A stretch of 64,000 nucleotides of DNA from Thermoplasmata archaeon (lineage in GTDB: Archaea > Thermoplasmatota > Thermoplasmata > Lutacidiplasmatales > UBA184). Positions 28,814-38,543 of this stretch are shown piece by piece (the stretch's first letter is position 1; each line of letters opens with the position of its first letter). Made by a program: the position numbers and the translations under genes. The stretch is taken from NCBI GenBank assembly GCA_049585415.1, contig JBAUZT010000019.1, positions 10,152 through 74,151 of the forward strand, given 5' to 3'. The notes under the pieces were generated by a model. The model had not been told where the DNA came from. It worked only from the letters and a program-made list of their open reading frames with translations, and searched no databases.

Positions 28814-30982
28814 CTAGGACGCCGGGGGCGGTGAACCCGGCCCCGTGGGAGCTGTGTTCGGTTGCCCGGGTTGCGTGGTGGTCGGCTTCTTCCGACGCCG
28901 CATGAGCAGCACCGCTGCGACGATCACGACGAGCACGACCACGACACCGACGATCAGGTAGGTCAACGTCGCACCACTCAGGCCCGAGCTGGAGCTCGGG
29001 CTGGGGCTAGGACCGGGCGACGGAGCCGCGCTCACGGTGATGGTGACCGAGTTCTTGGCCGTCCCGCCGACGGTGTCCGTGACCGTCAAGTTCACGACGT
29101 AATTGCCCGCCCTCGCGTAGGTATGCGCCGCGGGATCCTGTGCGGTGCTCGTGGTCGCATCGCCGAAGCTCCATGCGTAGGTGTACGTCCCGCTGCCCCC
29201 GGTGGGGCTCGTCGTGAAGGTGACCGCTCCGCCCGCCGTGATCGTCGTCGCGGAGGCGGTGATCGTGGCGGCCACGACCGGGTTCACCGTGAGGCTGACG
29301 CCGGAGCTGGTGCCCTCGATGTAGAAGAAGTCCGACCACGTCACCGTGGCCGTGAAGGCGCCCGACGTGCCGTAGGTGTACGGGATCATCTCCGAGTACG
29401 CCGCCGAGCTGCTCTCTCCGGCCGCCGCGCGCAGGAGTGTATGCATCCCGTCGCCGGTCGAGAGGTTCCAGCCGGCGTACCATCCGGTACCCGTACCCAC
29501 CGCCCACGCCGCGGTGAAAGTGACCGCAGTTCCCAGGTCCATGGGGTTCGGGGTCGCGGTCAGCGTCGCCTGGGGCGGGGTCTCAAAGACCCACTCGTGC
29601 CCGTCGCAGTTTACGGGGAAGTAGCAAGAACCGCCGACCAGGAACACACCGATGCCGGTGGAATTCACAGCGAGGGCGGGCCCCTCGAGCGGGACGTAGG
29701 AGGCCGGGGCTGCGGGGCTGATCGCATGCCAATGTCCGGCGAGGAACTCCCAACTGTCGTTGTACTCTCCGTAAGTGGCGTTGTACCCGGCGGTCAAGAA
29801 GACACCGCCGAGTTGGGCATCCCAGGTGATCGCGATGTCGCTGCGGCCCGGCGGGGTGCAACCGAGCGCGCAGCCGCCGTCCATCCCGGTGATGTTGACC
29901 CAGTTGTCAGCAAATTCCGTGCCCCCAGAGTAGGTGTACGTGTAATTCGTGTACGGGTACTCGGTGTAGAAGTCCCATCCGCCGAACAGGACCATGTACC
30001 CGTCGACCGGATCGTAGGCCATCCCCGGTTCATCAAGGAAGGTACCGTCGGCCAGGTAACCGGGCCCGTAGTCAATCGTGTGCCAACCGGTCGAGTTGAG
30101 AAGCCACGTGTACTCTTGTGAGTAGTCGCAGGAGTTGTCGTCGCAGCCATCGACGAGCAAGAATCCATGGAGCGCGGGGTCCCAAGCGGCCCCGGACCCG
30201 CCGATACCTCCCTCCGCCAGGTAATGGCGGAGGTTGTCCAGAAGGGGTCCCGTGGTCCCCGTGATGTTCTTCCAAGTGCCCGTGAAGAGCCACGTGTCGT
30301 TGAGACCCAAGCCGTCGACGTTCCACCCCCCGACGAGGATGACTCCACCCATGGCCGGATCATAGTCGAAGCCGAAGAACCACCGCGCGGAGGGCACCGT
30401 GTGGCCGAGAGTCGAGGTCAGGTTGGTCCAGGTATCCCCGTTGTACACCCAGGTGATGCTCTCGTAGGGGTTGTTAGGGTTCTCGACGCCGGTACCCGAG
30501 AACAACACGACTTCACCCAGGAGAGGATCAAACGCCATCCGCGCGCCGTACCCGATTGCGGGGACCACTCCACCCGATGCCTTCGCCACGTTCGTCGTGA
30601 CATTGTACCACGATGGGTCGGTTCCCGAAAGCGTCGGTGTATGAGCGGGCGAGGCCATCGCGGCGGCAGGGCCCTTCCGGGCACTGTCTCCGACGTTCGT
30701 GATGTCACGAGGAGCCGAGCCGCCACAGGTGGCCGCCGTTCCGGAGCTCACCGCGCACGTCGCGGTGGATCCGGATCGCGCGGCGCCCGCGTTGAGGTTC
30801 GCGACAGCCTTCTGAAGCAATGCAGTCCCGGCCGGCGTGGCATCGGAGGCCGGATGGGCTGAGCCTGAGGGGGTGCCGGAAATCGGTAGGCCGACGCCTT
30901 GAGCCGCGGCGACGAACCCACCACTCATGATGGCTACAACGACGATGGCCACGACGGCGGTCAGTAGTGGGGTCCGCGACAT
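28814..30982 (-). CDS. Kelch/galactose-oxidase-like β-propeller plus PKD-domain surface protein with a C-terminal TM anchor
   Basis: Signal peptide MSRTPLLTAVVAIVVVAIMSGG, Kelch-like repeats (GGW...DTW), a PKD motif (YAWSFGDATTS...HTYARAGNYVVNLTVTD), a Ser/Pro linker, then TM-RRRKK and a Pro-rich tail. Confidence 0.7.
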   Translation of the reverse strand: MSRTPLLTAVVAIVVVAIMSGGFVAAAQGVGLPISGTPSGSAHPASDATPAGTALLQKAVANLNAGAARSGSTATCAVSSGTAATCGGSAPRDITNVGDSARKGPAAAMASPAHTPTLSGTDPSWYNVTTNVAKASGGVVPAIGYGARMAFDPLLGEVVLFSGTGVENPNNPYESITWVYNGDTWTNLTSTLGHTVPSARWFFGFDYDPAMGGVILVGGWNVDGLGLNDTWLFTGTWKNITGTTGPLLDNLRHYLAEGGIGGSGAAWDPALHGFLLVDGCDDNSCDYSQEYTWLLNSTGWHTIDYGPGYLADGTFLDEPGMAYDPVDGYMVLFGGWDFYTEYPYTNYTYTYSGGTEFADNWVNITGMDGGCALGCTPPGRSDIAITWDAQLGGVFLTAGYNATYGEYNDSWEFLAGHWHAISPAAPASYVPLEGPALAVNSTGIGVFLVGGSCYFPVNCDGHEWVFETPPQATLTATPNPMDLGTAVTFTAAWAVGTGTGWYAGWNLSTGDGMHTLLRAAAGESSSAAYSEMIPYTYGTSGAFTATVTWSDFFYIEGTSSGVSLTVNPVVAATITASATTITAGGAVTFTTSPTGGSGTYTYAWSFGDATTSTAQDPAAHTYARAGNYVVNLTVTDTVGGTAKNSVTITVSAAPSPGPSPSPSSSSGLSGATLTYLIVGVVVVLVVIVAAVLLMRRRKKPTTTQPGQPNTAPTGPGSPPPAS

Positions 30983-31220
30983 CCCCTCCCTGTGCGCGCC
31001 CTCGTACATAGACCTGCCTAGAGAATCCCATCGGACAGCCCGCGCCGCTCCGCTCCCATGACCGTGGTCGGCTGTTCATCCATGGGATCCCGCGGGTACG
31101 AGCCAACTCGAGCGGATAGACCGCTCGGGATTTGTCCGATTGTGGGTTCAAAAAGGATTACGGCGCCCATCGGCGGGTTCCGCGACCGTGGGTTAATCCG
31201 CTCGAGCAGGATGGCCGGCC

Positions 31221-34200
31221 GTGGCAGCGGGGCGTCGGCTCTCGGCGGTCATGCTGACCGACATCGTCGGGTACTCCGCGTTGAGCCAACGCGACGAGAC
31301 CGCCGCACTCCGGCTCGTCGACGAGCATCGGCAGATCGTCCGGCCGGTGCTCGCCGAGTTCGAGGGCACAGAGATCAAGACCATGGGGGACGGGTTCCTG
31401 ATCGAGTTCCCGAGCGCGCTGAGCGCGGCCCTCTGCGCGATCGAGCTCCAGCGGCGCATTAACGAGCGCAATCAGTCGGCGCAGGGCGAGCGGATGCAGC
31501 TGAGGATCGCGCTGCACGTCGGCGACGTGACCCATGAGGGCGGCGACATCTTCGGTGACGCGGTCAACATCGCGAGTCGGCTGGAACCGCTCGCCGACCC
31601 GGGCGGGATCCTGGTCTCGGGTCCGGTCTACGACCAGATCCGCGGCAAGATCGAGGGCGACCTCACGCAGATCCCGACCCCGACCCTAAAGAACATCGCC
31701 ACCCCGGTGACCGCGTACCGGGTCGAACTCGCCTGGAGAGCGCCGGCGCTGCCCCGCGTTACCCCCTGGACGGATCGGGAACGCGAGATCGACTCGCTTC
31801 GGCCGCTCCTTCAGGACGTTCACCGTGGTGAAGGGAGCCTGGTGATAGTCCAGGGCGAGTCCGGGGTGGGGAAGACCCGACTCGCGGAGGAACTCCTCCA
31901 CGAAGCGGAGCCGGCGGGCTTCCGTGTCCTCCGCGGTCGGTCGTTCCGAGGGGAGGACGTCGCCTACGGCCCCTGGGCCCAAGCGATCCGCTCGTTCGTC
32001 CAGGACGCGTCCCCGGGGATCTTGATGCGCGCGTGCGGACCGTTCTCCGCCGACCTCGCCACGCTACTGCCGGAACTGGCCGACCGTCTCGGGCCGGCGC
32101 CGGCGACTTCGTCCGAGGCCCCGGACCAGCTGCGGGGTCGCATGCTCGAAGGCCTCGCCGGGTTCCTCGTCGCGCTCTCCCGAGAGGCGCCGCTCGCCAT
32201 CCTGCTGGACGACTTCCAGTGGGCCGACGTCTCCTCCCAACGACTCCTCCAGCGCCTAGTCTACGACCTGCCGGGCCATCGGATCCTCGTCCTTGCCTGT
32301 CTGCGCGAATCGGACCGGGAAGAGTCCCCGGGGCTCCAACGCCTACTGCTCGACCTTCGTCGCTCGCGACCTCCGACCGTCATCGGACTGAAGCGATTCT
32401 CCCGCGCGGAGTTCGACAACTTTGTCGACCGCCTCGTCTCCCGCCCGACGCTTCCCGAATCTCCGCGAGCCATCGTCTTCGAGAAGAGCGGCGGGAACCC
32501 GTTCTTCGCTGAAGAGCTCGTGCGTCGTCTGCTCGACGACGGGACCCTTCGGCGTTCCGGCGACGGATGGATCTTTTCGTCCTCGACCGACCTGCGGCTT
32601 CCGGAGAGCGTGCGCGCCCTCCTGAGCGAGCGGCTCGCGCACCTGGATGCCCCGACCCGAGAAGTGCTTCGGATCGCCGCGTTCGCCGGGCCGACGGTCT
32701 CGTTCGACGTGTTGAAGCACCTCGCGGGGATGAACGAGGACGAGCTGACGATCGCCCTCGAGCGCGCCCTTCAAGCACGGGTCCTGAGGGAACTGCCCGG
32801 GGCGCTCGCGGGCGACGAGCTGGCGTTCACCGACCTTCAGACCCGACAGGTCCTCCTGGACGAGGTGAGTCGCATCCGGGGTCGGCAATATCACCGCAAG
32901 GTCGCGGAGGCGATCGAGTTGCTCGACCCGCATGCACGGGATGCCCGCGCGGCGGAACTGGCCGAGCACTTCATCGAAGCCCATCAACCTGCGAAGGCGC
33001 TCGAGTACCTCGAGCTCGCGGGGGACGAGGCGACCCGGGTCTCGGCGTACGCGGATGCTGCCCGGCACTACGCTCTGGCCCTCGAACTCGCGGAGGAGGA
33101 GCGCGTCGTCACGCCCCGCGCGCGGCTCGTAGAACACCTCGCGGACGCCCAGATCAGCGAGGGCGAGTTGAACAGGGGGCGCGAGGGTTGGCAGAAGGCG
33201 GCAGAGCTGTACCGCACCGCGGGCGACCTCCGCCGGGCCGGGGAGATCTACGGCCGCATCGCGAAGACCTACTGGACCTACACGGACGATGAGTCTCGGT
33301 ATCGGGACGCCTACGGGAAGGCCCTCGAGCTGCTACGAACGCTCCCTCCCGGCCCAGAGCTCGCCCGGCTCCTCGCGTTCACGAGCTACGTCTTCGGATT
33401 CTGGGGGGACCACAGCGGGGCCCGGACCGTGGCCGCCGAGGGGCTCGAGCTCGCCCGCCAGCTGAAACTCCCCGCCGCGGAGGCACTCGCGGAGGTCGGT
33501 CTCGCGGTGATCGCACCGTTCCCCGACAAGGAGGGCGCGCTGAGTCACATCCGGAAGGCGGTGTCGCTGGCCCCAGTCGAGGATCTGGAGGCCTGGTTCT
33601 CGGTGCGAGGGATCTGGTCCGTCGTCATATCGAGCCTCCTAGAGGACCCCCTCGAGGCGTCGCGAGTGGACGAAGAGACCTGCGAGGAGGTCCACCGGCG
33701 TCGGCTCCCCGCCCTAGAAGTCCACGAGCACGACATCCTCGCCAGTAGATTCGCCGACATGGGCAACGTCACCAAAGTCCGGGAGCACCTCGCGCTCGGG
33801 AACGCGATCCGAGCTCGCTTGGCGTTCGAGGAGGGGCCGACCAGCGGGGCATTGAGATCCGCCCGTTCGCCGGGTCCGGACGAGATCGACGCCGCGGTGA
33901 AGTTCCACCTCGCCAACTTGGAGCGGTACGAGCGAAGTGCCCCCTGGCACTGGGGAGTGTTCCAAACGATGGCGCAACTGGGATTCTTGGCGCTCCAGCG
34001 CGACGACACCGAGGGCGCCCTCGCCTGGGCAGACCGGGCGCTCCGCGGTCTGGCGGAACACGGACGTACGGCATGTCTCGCGCCGACGTATGCGACTCAC
34101 CTGCTGCTGTCCGTTCGCGCGAACGCGGCCCTGGGCCGGACGGAGTTCGCCCTCACGCGTCTACTCGAGCTCCGGGCCGCGGCAGATGCCGCGCAGCTCC

Positions 34201-34490
34201 AGCTCATGCTCGGCTGCGCCCGAGAGGCCGAGGGTCACCTCGCACGAGCCGAAAAGCGGCCGGGCGATTCCGCGCGAGCCTTCCAGGAAGCCGAGGAACT
34301 GTTCACGCGTCGCCGAGTGATGAGCCCCGCTCTCGAATGCCGGATCGAGCTCGGCGTCGCGCTGAACCACTCCGGTCATCGCGAGGAGGCCCGGCTCCTA
34401 TGGAAGGGAGCGTTCGAGGCGGCGGCGACGATGGGATTCGACGGGCTGGCGGCTCGAGCGCAAGGTCTGCTGGCTCATGCGGATGGGTGA
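31221..34490 (+). CDS. class III adenylyl/guanylyl cyclase domain fused to an AAA+ ATPase and TPR-like repeats (STAND-like signalling protein)
   Basis: N-terminal CHD catalytic motifs (MLTDIVGYS, EIKTMGDGFLIEF, RIALHVGDV, GDAVNIASRLE). Walker A QGESGVGKTRLAEEL, Walker B LLDDFQWAD. A long α-helical repeat region follows, with no C-terminal HTH. Confidence 0.75.
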   Translation: MAAGRRLSAVMLTDIVGYSALSQRDETAALRLVDEHRQIVRPVLAEFEGTEIKTMGDGFLIEFPSALSAALCAIELQRRINERNQSAQGERMQLRIALHVGDVTHEGGDIFGDAVNIASRLEPLADPGGILVSGPVYDQIRGKIEGDLTQIPTPTLKNIATPVTAYRVELAWRAPALPRVTPWTDREREIDSLRPLLQDVHRGEGSLVIVQGESGVGKTRLAEELLHEAEPAGFRVLRGRSFRGEDVAYGPWAQAIRSFVQDASPGILMRACGPFSADLATLLPELADRLGPAPATSSEAPDQLRGRMLEGLAGFLVALSREAPLAILLDDFQWADVSSQRLLQRLVYDLPGHRILVLACLRESDREESPGLQRLLLDLRRSRPPTVIGLKRFSRAEFDNFVDRLVSRPTLPESPRAIVFEKSGGNPFFAEELVRRLLDDGTLRRSGDGWIFSSSTDLRLPESVRALLSERLAHLDAPTREVLRIAAFAGPTVSFDVLKHLAGMNEDELTIALERALQARVLRELPGALAGDELAFTDLQTRQVLLDEVSRIRGRQYHRKVAEAIELLDPHARDARAAELAEHFIEAHQPAKALEYLELAGDEATRVSAYADAARHYALALELAEEERVVTPRARLVEHLADAQISEGELNRGREGWQKAAELYRTAGDLRRAGEIYGRIAKTYWTYTDDESRYRDAYGKALELLRTLPPGPELARLLAFTSYVFGFWGDHSGARTVAAEGLELARQLKLPAAEALAEVGLAVIAPFPDKEGALSHIRKAVSLAPVEDLEAWFSVRGIWSVVISSLLEDPLEASRVDEETCEEVHRRRLPALEVHEHDILASRFADMGNVTKVREHLALGNAIRARLAFEEGPTSGALRSARSPGPDEIDAAVKFHLANLERYERSAPWHWGVFQTMAQLGFLALQRDDTEGALAWADRALRGLAEHGRTACLAPTYATHLLLSVRANAALGRTEFALTRLLELRAAADAAQLQLMLGCAREAEGHLARAEKRPGDSARAFQEAEELFTRRRVMSPALECRIELGVALNHSGHREEARLLWKGAFEAAATMGFDGLAARAQGLLAHADG

Positions 34491-34637
34491 AGGCCGAGCC
34501 CGACGATCGGGATCGGGCCGTTGCGGCCAGGGTGGGGAACGCCACTCCTCCATCCCGTAGGCGATGTAGGGCGCGTCGCGGCCCGTTCGGGTGCACGACC
34601 GGAGCTGCCTCCTAAGGGGGCTGCACTCCGAGCCGGA

Positions 34638-34711
34638 TGGACTGGTCGGGATTTGAACCCGAGGCCTCCGGTTTGCAAAACCGGCGATCTTCCGGACTGA
34701 TCTACCAGCCC
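34638..34711 (-). tRNA. tRNA-Ala (anticodon UGC)
   Basis: Reverse complement GGGCTGG-TA-GATC...GATC-G-CCGGT-TTTGCAA-ACCGG-AGGCC-TCGGG-TTCAAAT-CCCGA-CCAGTCC-A folds as a canonical 74-nt cloverleaf with a G3:U70 pair. Confidence 0.85.
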
Positions 34712-34823
34712 ATCCGGCGCGTCAGGTGAGCTTCTCGGTCTTAGCCTTTCGGACGACCGCGATGCCGCCGGTGGTGGCCCGCTCCCCGGGAAACGCCATC
34801 TACCCCGCTCGGGTCGCCGGTGC

Positions 34824-35813
34824 GTGAAGCTCAGCGCGTTCACGGTGGTCGACACGCATCCCGACGGACCCGAGGGAACGCCCGACCGGTACGCGGACGT
34901 GCTCCGGCTCGCGAAGGCGGTCGAGGCGGGTGGCCTCTCCACCTTCTGGGTCGCCGAGCACCACTTCCAACCGGGCGGGCTGTGCCCTTCTCCCCCGGTG
35001 CTTCTCGCGGCGTGCGGCGCGCAAACGCGGCGGATCCGCCTTGGGGCCATGGTGAGCGTCCTTCCGTTCCATCGTCCGATCGAGCTCGCCGAGCAGTACG
35101 CCATGGTCGACCGGCTCACGGGGGGCCGTCTCAACCTCGGCGTGGGGAGCGGCTACATCCCGCTCGAGTTCGAGGGGTTCGGGGTCGACCCCGCGACCAA
35201 GCGGGATCGATTCGACCGGAGCCTCGAGACCCTGCTCGCGGCCTTCGACGGCGGGGAGGTCCGTTCCGAGGAGCCCGGGGCGGTCCCGGTGCGGCTCAAC
35301 GTTCTTCCCGTGCAGCGACCCCATCCGCCGCTCTGGATCGCGGTCCAGCGGCGGGAGGCGCTCCCCTTCGTGGCGCGCCGGGGTGCTTCTCTCGGCCTGG
35401 TCCCCTACGCCACGGTGGCGAACCTCGCCGAGCTCGGCGAGGAGATCCGGGAATTCCGCTCCCACCTCCCCGAGGGACGCTCCGCGGAGGTCGCGGTCGC
35501 CGTCCACCTCTACGCCGGCGATCGACCCGAGCGGGCGCGGAAGGCTCTTGGGCGGTATCTCGAAGCGCGGCTCGCGACGCAGAGCACGTTCTATCAGGAG
35601 AAGGTTCGCCGCGACCCCCACCACGCGACCGCGGCGTCGATCGAGGCGAACGGCTTCGCACTCTTCGGCACCGCCCCGGAGGTCGCTCAGCGGCTCTCCG
35701 AGTACGCGGCAATCGGGGTCGATGAGATCCTCGGGATCTTCGATTTCGGAGGACTCGATGCCGGTGCCGCGACGCGATCGGTGCGCCGACTGGGATCCGA
35801 GTTCGCCCACTGA
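34824..35813 (+). CDS. LLM-class (luciferase-like) flavin/F420-dependent oxidoreductase
   Basis: TIM-barrel LLM signature (FWVAEHHF, LGVGSGY). Confidence 0.75.
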   Translation: MKLSAFTVVDTHPDGPEGTPDRYADVLRLAKAVEAGGLSTFWVAEHHFQPGGLCPSPPVLLAACGAQTRRIRLGAMVSVLPFHRPIELAEQYAMVDRLTGGRLNLGVGSGYIPLEFEGFGVDPATKRDRFDRSLETLLAAFDGGEVRSEEPGAVPVRLNVLPVQRPHPPLWIAVQRREALPFVARRGASLGLVPYATVANLAELGEEIREFRSHLPEGRSAEVAVAVHLYAGDRPERARKALGRYLEARLATQSTFYQEKVRRDPHHATAASIEANGFALFGTAPEVAQRLSEYAAIGVDEILGIFDFGGLDAGAATRSVRRLGSEFAH

Positions 35814-35871
35814 ACGGTCGTGACCCGGGCGCCGCTCCACCGGAGGGGCGCCGTCCGCTCCTCCCGCGACG

Positions 35872-38415
35872 CTACTGCGCGCCCGACGGGGGAGTCGGGA
35901 GCGGAGGTTGTGCGTCGGGCGCGGGAGCGTCCGTGGGAGGGGTTGAGGGAGTCTCCTTCCATTCCGTTGCCGGTGCGGTCGACGGAGCGGGCGCCGCGGG
36001 CGACATCGGCTCGGTGGCCGAATAGGTCGACGGAGTCGACTTCGGGCTCCGGCCGCGCCGCATCAGGAGGAACAGCACCAGCGCGACCGCGATGATCACG
36101 ATCAGGAGGATCAACATCCCTACCGTGAACCCGCTCCCGGCCCCGAGCTCCAGGCTCAGAAGCGACGGGTGGGCGTTGACGGTGATCGCCGTCTGGGCCC
36201 AGCAGTAGCCGGTGAAGTTGCTTTCCTCTTCGCAGCCCGGCCCGCTGAACAGACCGTGCGCGTAGACCTCGCCCCCGATCCCCAGTGAGCCCGAGGGGGT
36301 GTTCGAGGGGATCGTGAGTCCGATCGTCCCCGACGTCGCGGTGGTCGCGAGGGTCTCGGCGACGGCGACATTGGGGCCGAAGAAGAACGCGAGCGGGCCG
36401 AGAGCGATGTACACCTGGTACGTCGGGGGAAGCGGAAGTCCGCTGTACGAGTAGACCGCCCACGAGACTTGGATCGTCTGGCCGGGCTGGTAACTTCCGT
36501 CCGCGTAGTTGGAGGCCGTGCTCACGCCGATCTCGACGTAGTACCCGGTCTCGAGTTCGCTATCCGTACCCGCGGTGGCGTACACTCCGGTCGCCGTCGT
36601 CTGAGCGGAGACCTCGAGATCGTAGTACGTCGCCGCTCCGGTCCCGGGAACGGAGTAACTGACGACGTTGGACGAGCCGACCGTGCCGGTCGCCACGAGT
36701 CCGTTCGAGATCTCGTCACCGTACTGGTCGTCCCAGTAGCCGATCACCGTGTAGGTCGTCGTCGTGCCGGCGAGGGCTGCCGGCGAGAAAACGAGGTTCC
36801 AGCTGAGCTGGGACCCCGGCGTGAAATAGAGTGATCCCGAGACGGCGAGGGTCGGTTGCTCGACGATGGCGTACGCCCCTCCGGAGAAGCTCGAGGTGGC
36901 GTTCGTCGCGATGACCCAGACGTAGAATTGGCCCAGGAGGTCCGCGGGCAGCGGGACCGTGAACGTGCCGGTCGAGGCGGTGCTGGTGATGGATCCCGTC
37001 GCGAGCAGACCGCCGTTTTCCGTCGCGAGCTCCCACTCGGTGGCGTCAAGCGCCCCGACGGACGTGTTGGAGGAGCTGAGGGTCCAGGTCGCCGTTACGG
37101 TCGCGCCCGGGGCGTATTCGTTGGCGTTGAGCGCCACTTCCACCGCGCCCGTGGCGGCGCCGGGGGCCACCCGGAACGAGCCGTTATGCCAGGTGGTCCA
37201 TGCCCCTACGCCGGTGGCCTTGGTGTCGTTCACCGTGATGTTGACGGCGTTCACGAACGGGTGGACGGTGTCGAGGGTGAACGGAGGGACGTCGGCGGTG
37301 AACGAGAACGAGACCTCGCCGTTCGCGGCGGTGCTCAACGTAGTGGGTGGGTTACCGCCGGGCGTGACGTGGGTCGTGCCGTTCCAGAAGGCGATGGTGA
37401 CGGTCAGTCCCGGGACGGGGTTGAACTGGGCTCCAGCTTCCGCGCCCGCATATCCGATGACTTGGACGGGGCAGCCCACGAAGAACGCGCCGTCATTGAC
37501 CGTTCCACAGGGCGACGACATCGAGCCACCCGAGATCCAGGTGTTGCCTACGAACAGCGCGCTGTAGTAGGTCCAGTTGGCCGTGACCGTGCTTCCGACC
37601 TTGACCACGCCGGAGAGGTTGAAGTAGAACGTCGTGAGGGCGGCGGCGTCCGTCGGGATAGTGAACGTCGTGCTGCCCGCGGCCGTGAGCGGTAGGGCTA
37701 CGAGGGCCGTAGAGAACGCGTCGTGGTAGGCAGTGCCGTTGTAGTAGGAGCCCCAGAGGGTCAAGTTGGTGAGGTCGTTGTAGGCGCCACCGTTCGCGGC
37801 GCTGACGACCCACCAGTTGAGCGTGACGGATTCTCCCGGGAGCACGGCCGAACCCTGCGCCGGGTTCGACTGGTCCGAGACGCCGTAAGTGTAGAGTGTC
37901 AGGTTCTCGAAGGCGAACCCGCCGAGGGGAGCCGAAACGGTGACGTTCCATCCACCACCGTAGACGATGGCGGACGGGAAGGTGTAGACGAGGCCGTTCT
38001 GGGCCGGGGTGCTACCGTGGGTGATCGAGTCGATGGCGACCGATGCCGAGAACACGGGGTTCGAGAGCCCGTCCCGGGTCGCGTTCGGGTCATTGAGCGT
38101 GAGGTTGACGGTCGCGTCCGCGTCGGTGTCATGGACCTTGAATTGGATCGAGTTGACCCCGGGCGTGGGGAAGTACGGTGGCGATCCGCCGGGATCGTAG
38201 TACGGGCCGGAGTAGAATGCCGGGGTCGTGGTACCTGCAAGGTTGGAGGTCGTTACGGTGAGCGCCGGCACGTCGGGGGTGGCCGCGGTCGTGAACGGCG
38301 AAGCTTGCGGGGTGGACGCGCGCGGGGCGCCCGAGGTGGTCCCCGCGAAGGAACCGATCAGGACGGATACGATCAGCAGGGTGACCAAAGCGGTGGCTAC
38401 GACTACGCGCGACAT
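35872..38415 (-). CDS. large surface (S-layer-like) glycoprotein with a C-terminal TM anchor
   Basis: Signal peptide MSRVVVATALVTLLIVSVLIGSFAG. 847 aa, Thr/Ser/Gly-rich β-type sequence with many sequons. C-terminal TM (GMLILLIVIIAVALVLFLLMRRGR) and a Pro/Thr/Ser-rich tail. Confidence 0.65.
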   Translation of the reverse strand: MSRVVVATALVTLLIVSVLIGSFAGTTSGAPRASTPQASPFTTAATPDVPALTVTTSNLAGTTTPAFYSGPYYDPGGSPPYFPTPGVNSIQFKVHDTDADATVNLTLNDPNATRDGLSNPVFSASVAIDSITHGSTPAQNGLVYTFPSAIVYGGGWNVTVSAPLGGFAFENLTLYTYGVSDQSNPAQGSAVLPGESVTLNWWVVSAANGGAYNDLTNLTLWGSYYNGTAYHDAFSTALVALPLTAAGSTTFTIPTDAAALTTFYFNLSGVVKVGSTVTANWTYYSALFVGNTWISGGSMSSPCGTVNDGAFFVGCPVQVIGYAGAEAGAQFNPVPGLTVTIAFWNGTTHVTPGGNPPTTLSTAANGEVSFSFTADVPPFTLDTVHPFVNAVNITVNDTKATGVGAWTTWHNGSFRVAPGAATGAVEVALNANEYAPGATVTATWTLSSSNTSVGALDATEWELATENGGLLATGSITSTASTGTFTVPLPADLLGQFYVWVIATNATSSFSGGAYAIVEQPTLAVSGSLYFTPGSQLSWNLVFSPAALAGTTTTYTVIGYWDDQYGDEISNGLVATGTVGSSNVVSYSVPGTGAATYYDLEVSAQTTATGVYATAGTDSELETGYYVEIGVSTASNYADGSYQPGQTIQVSWAVYSYSGLPLPPTYQVYIALGPLAFFFGPNVAVAETLATTATSGTIGLTIPSNTPSGSLGIGGEVYAHGLFSGPGCEEESNFTGYCWAQTAITVNAHPSLLSLELGAGSGFTVGMLILLIVIIAVALVLFLLMRRGRSPKSTPSTYSATEPMSPAAPAPSTAPATEWKETPSTPPTDAPAPDAQPPLPTPPSGAQ

Positions 38416-38543
38416 CGGAATTCATCCGTGAGGTTCTACTATATCAATCTCCCTCCCGCGCAGACGATGGTATTGATACAGCTTAGCAAGGCTGGAGCGA
38501 ACGGAATTTATCCCGGTGGCCCTACCGGAATGGGGGGAATTGC

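Noticed and set aside
31144-31156. GGGTTCAAAAAGG, superficially like a tRNA T-loop, in the divergent intergenic region between the Kelch/PKD gene and the cyclase gene.
   Set aside because: No complementary T-stem or acceptor stem and no cloverleaf can be drawn. Probably part of the divergent promoters.
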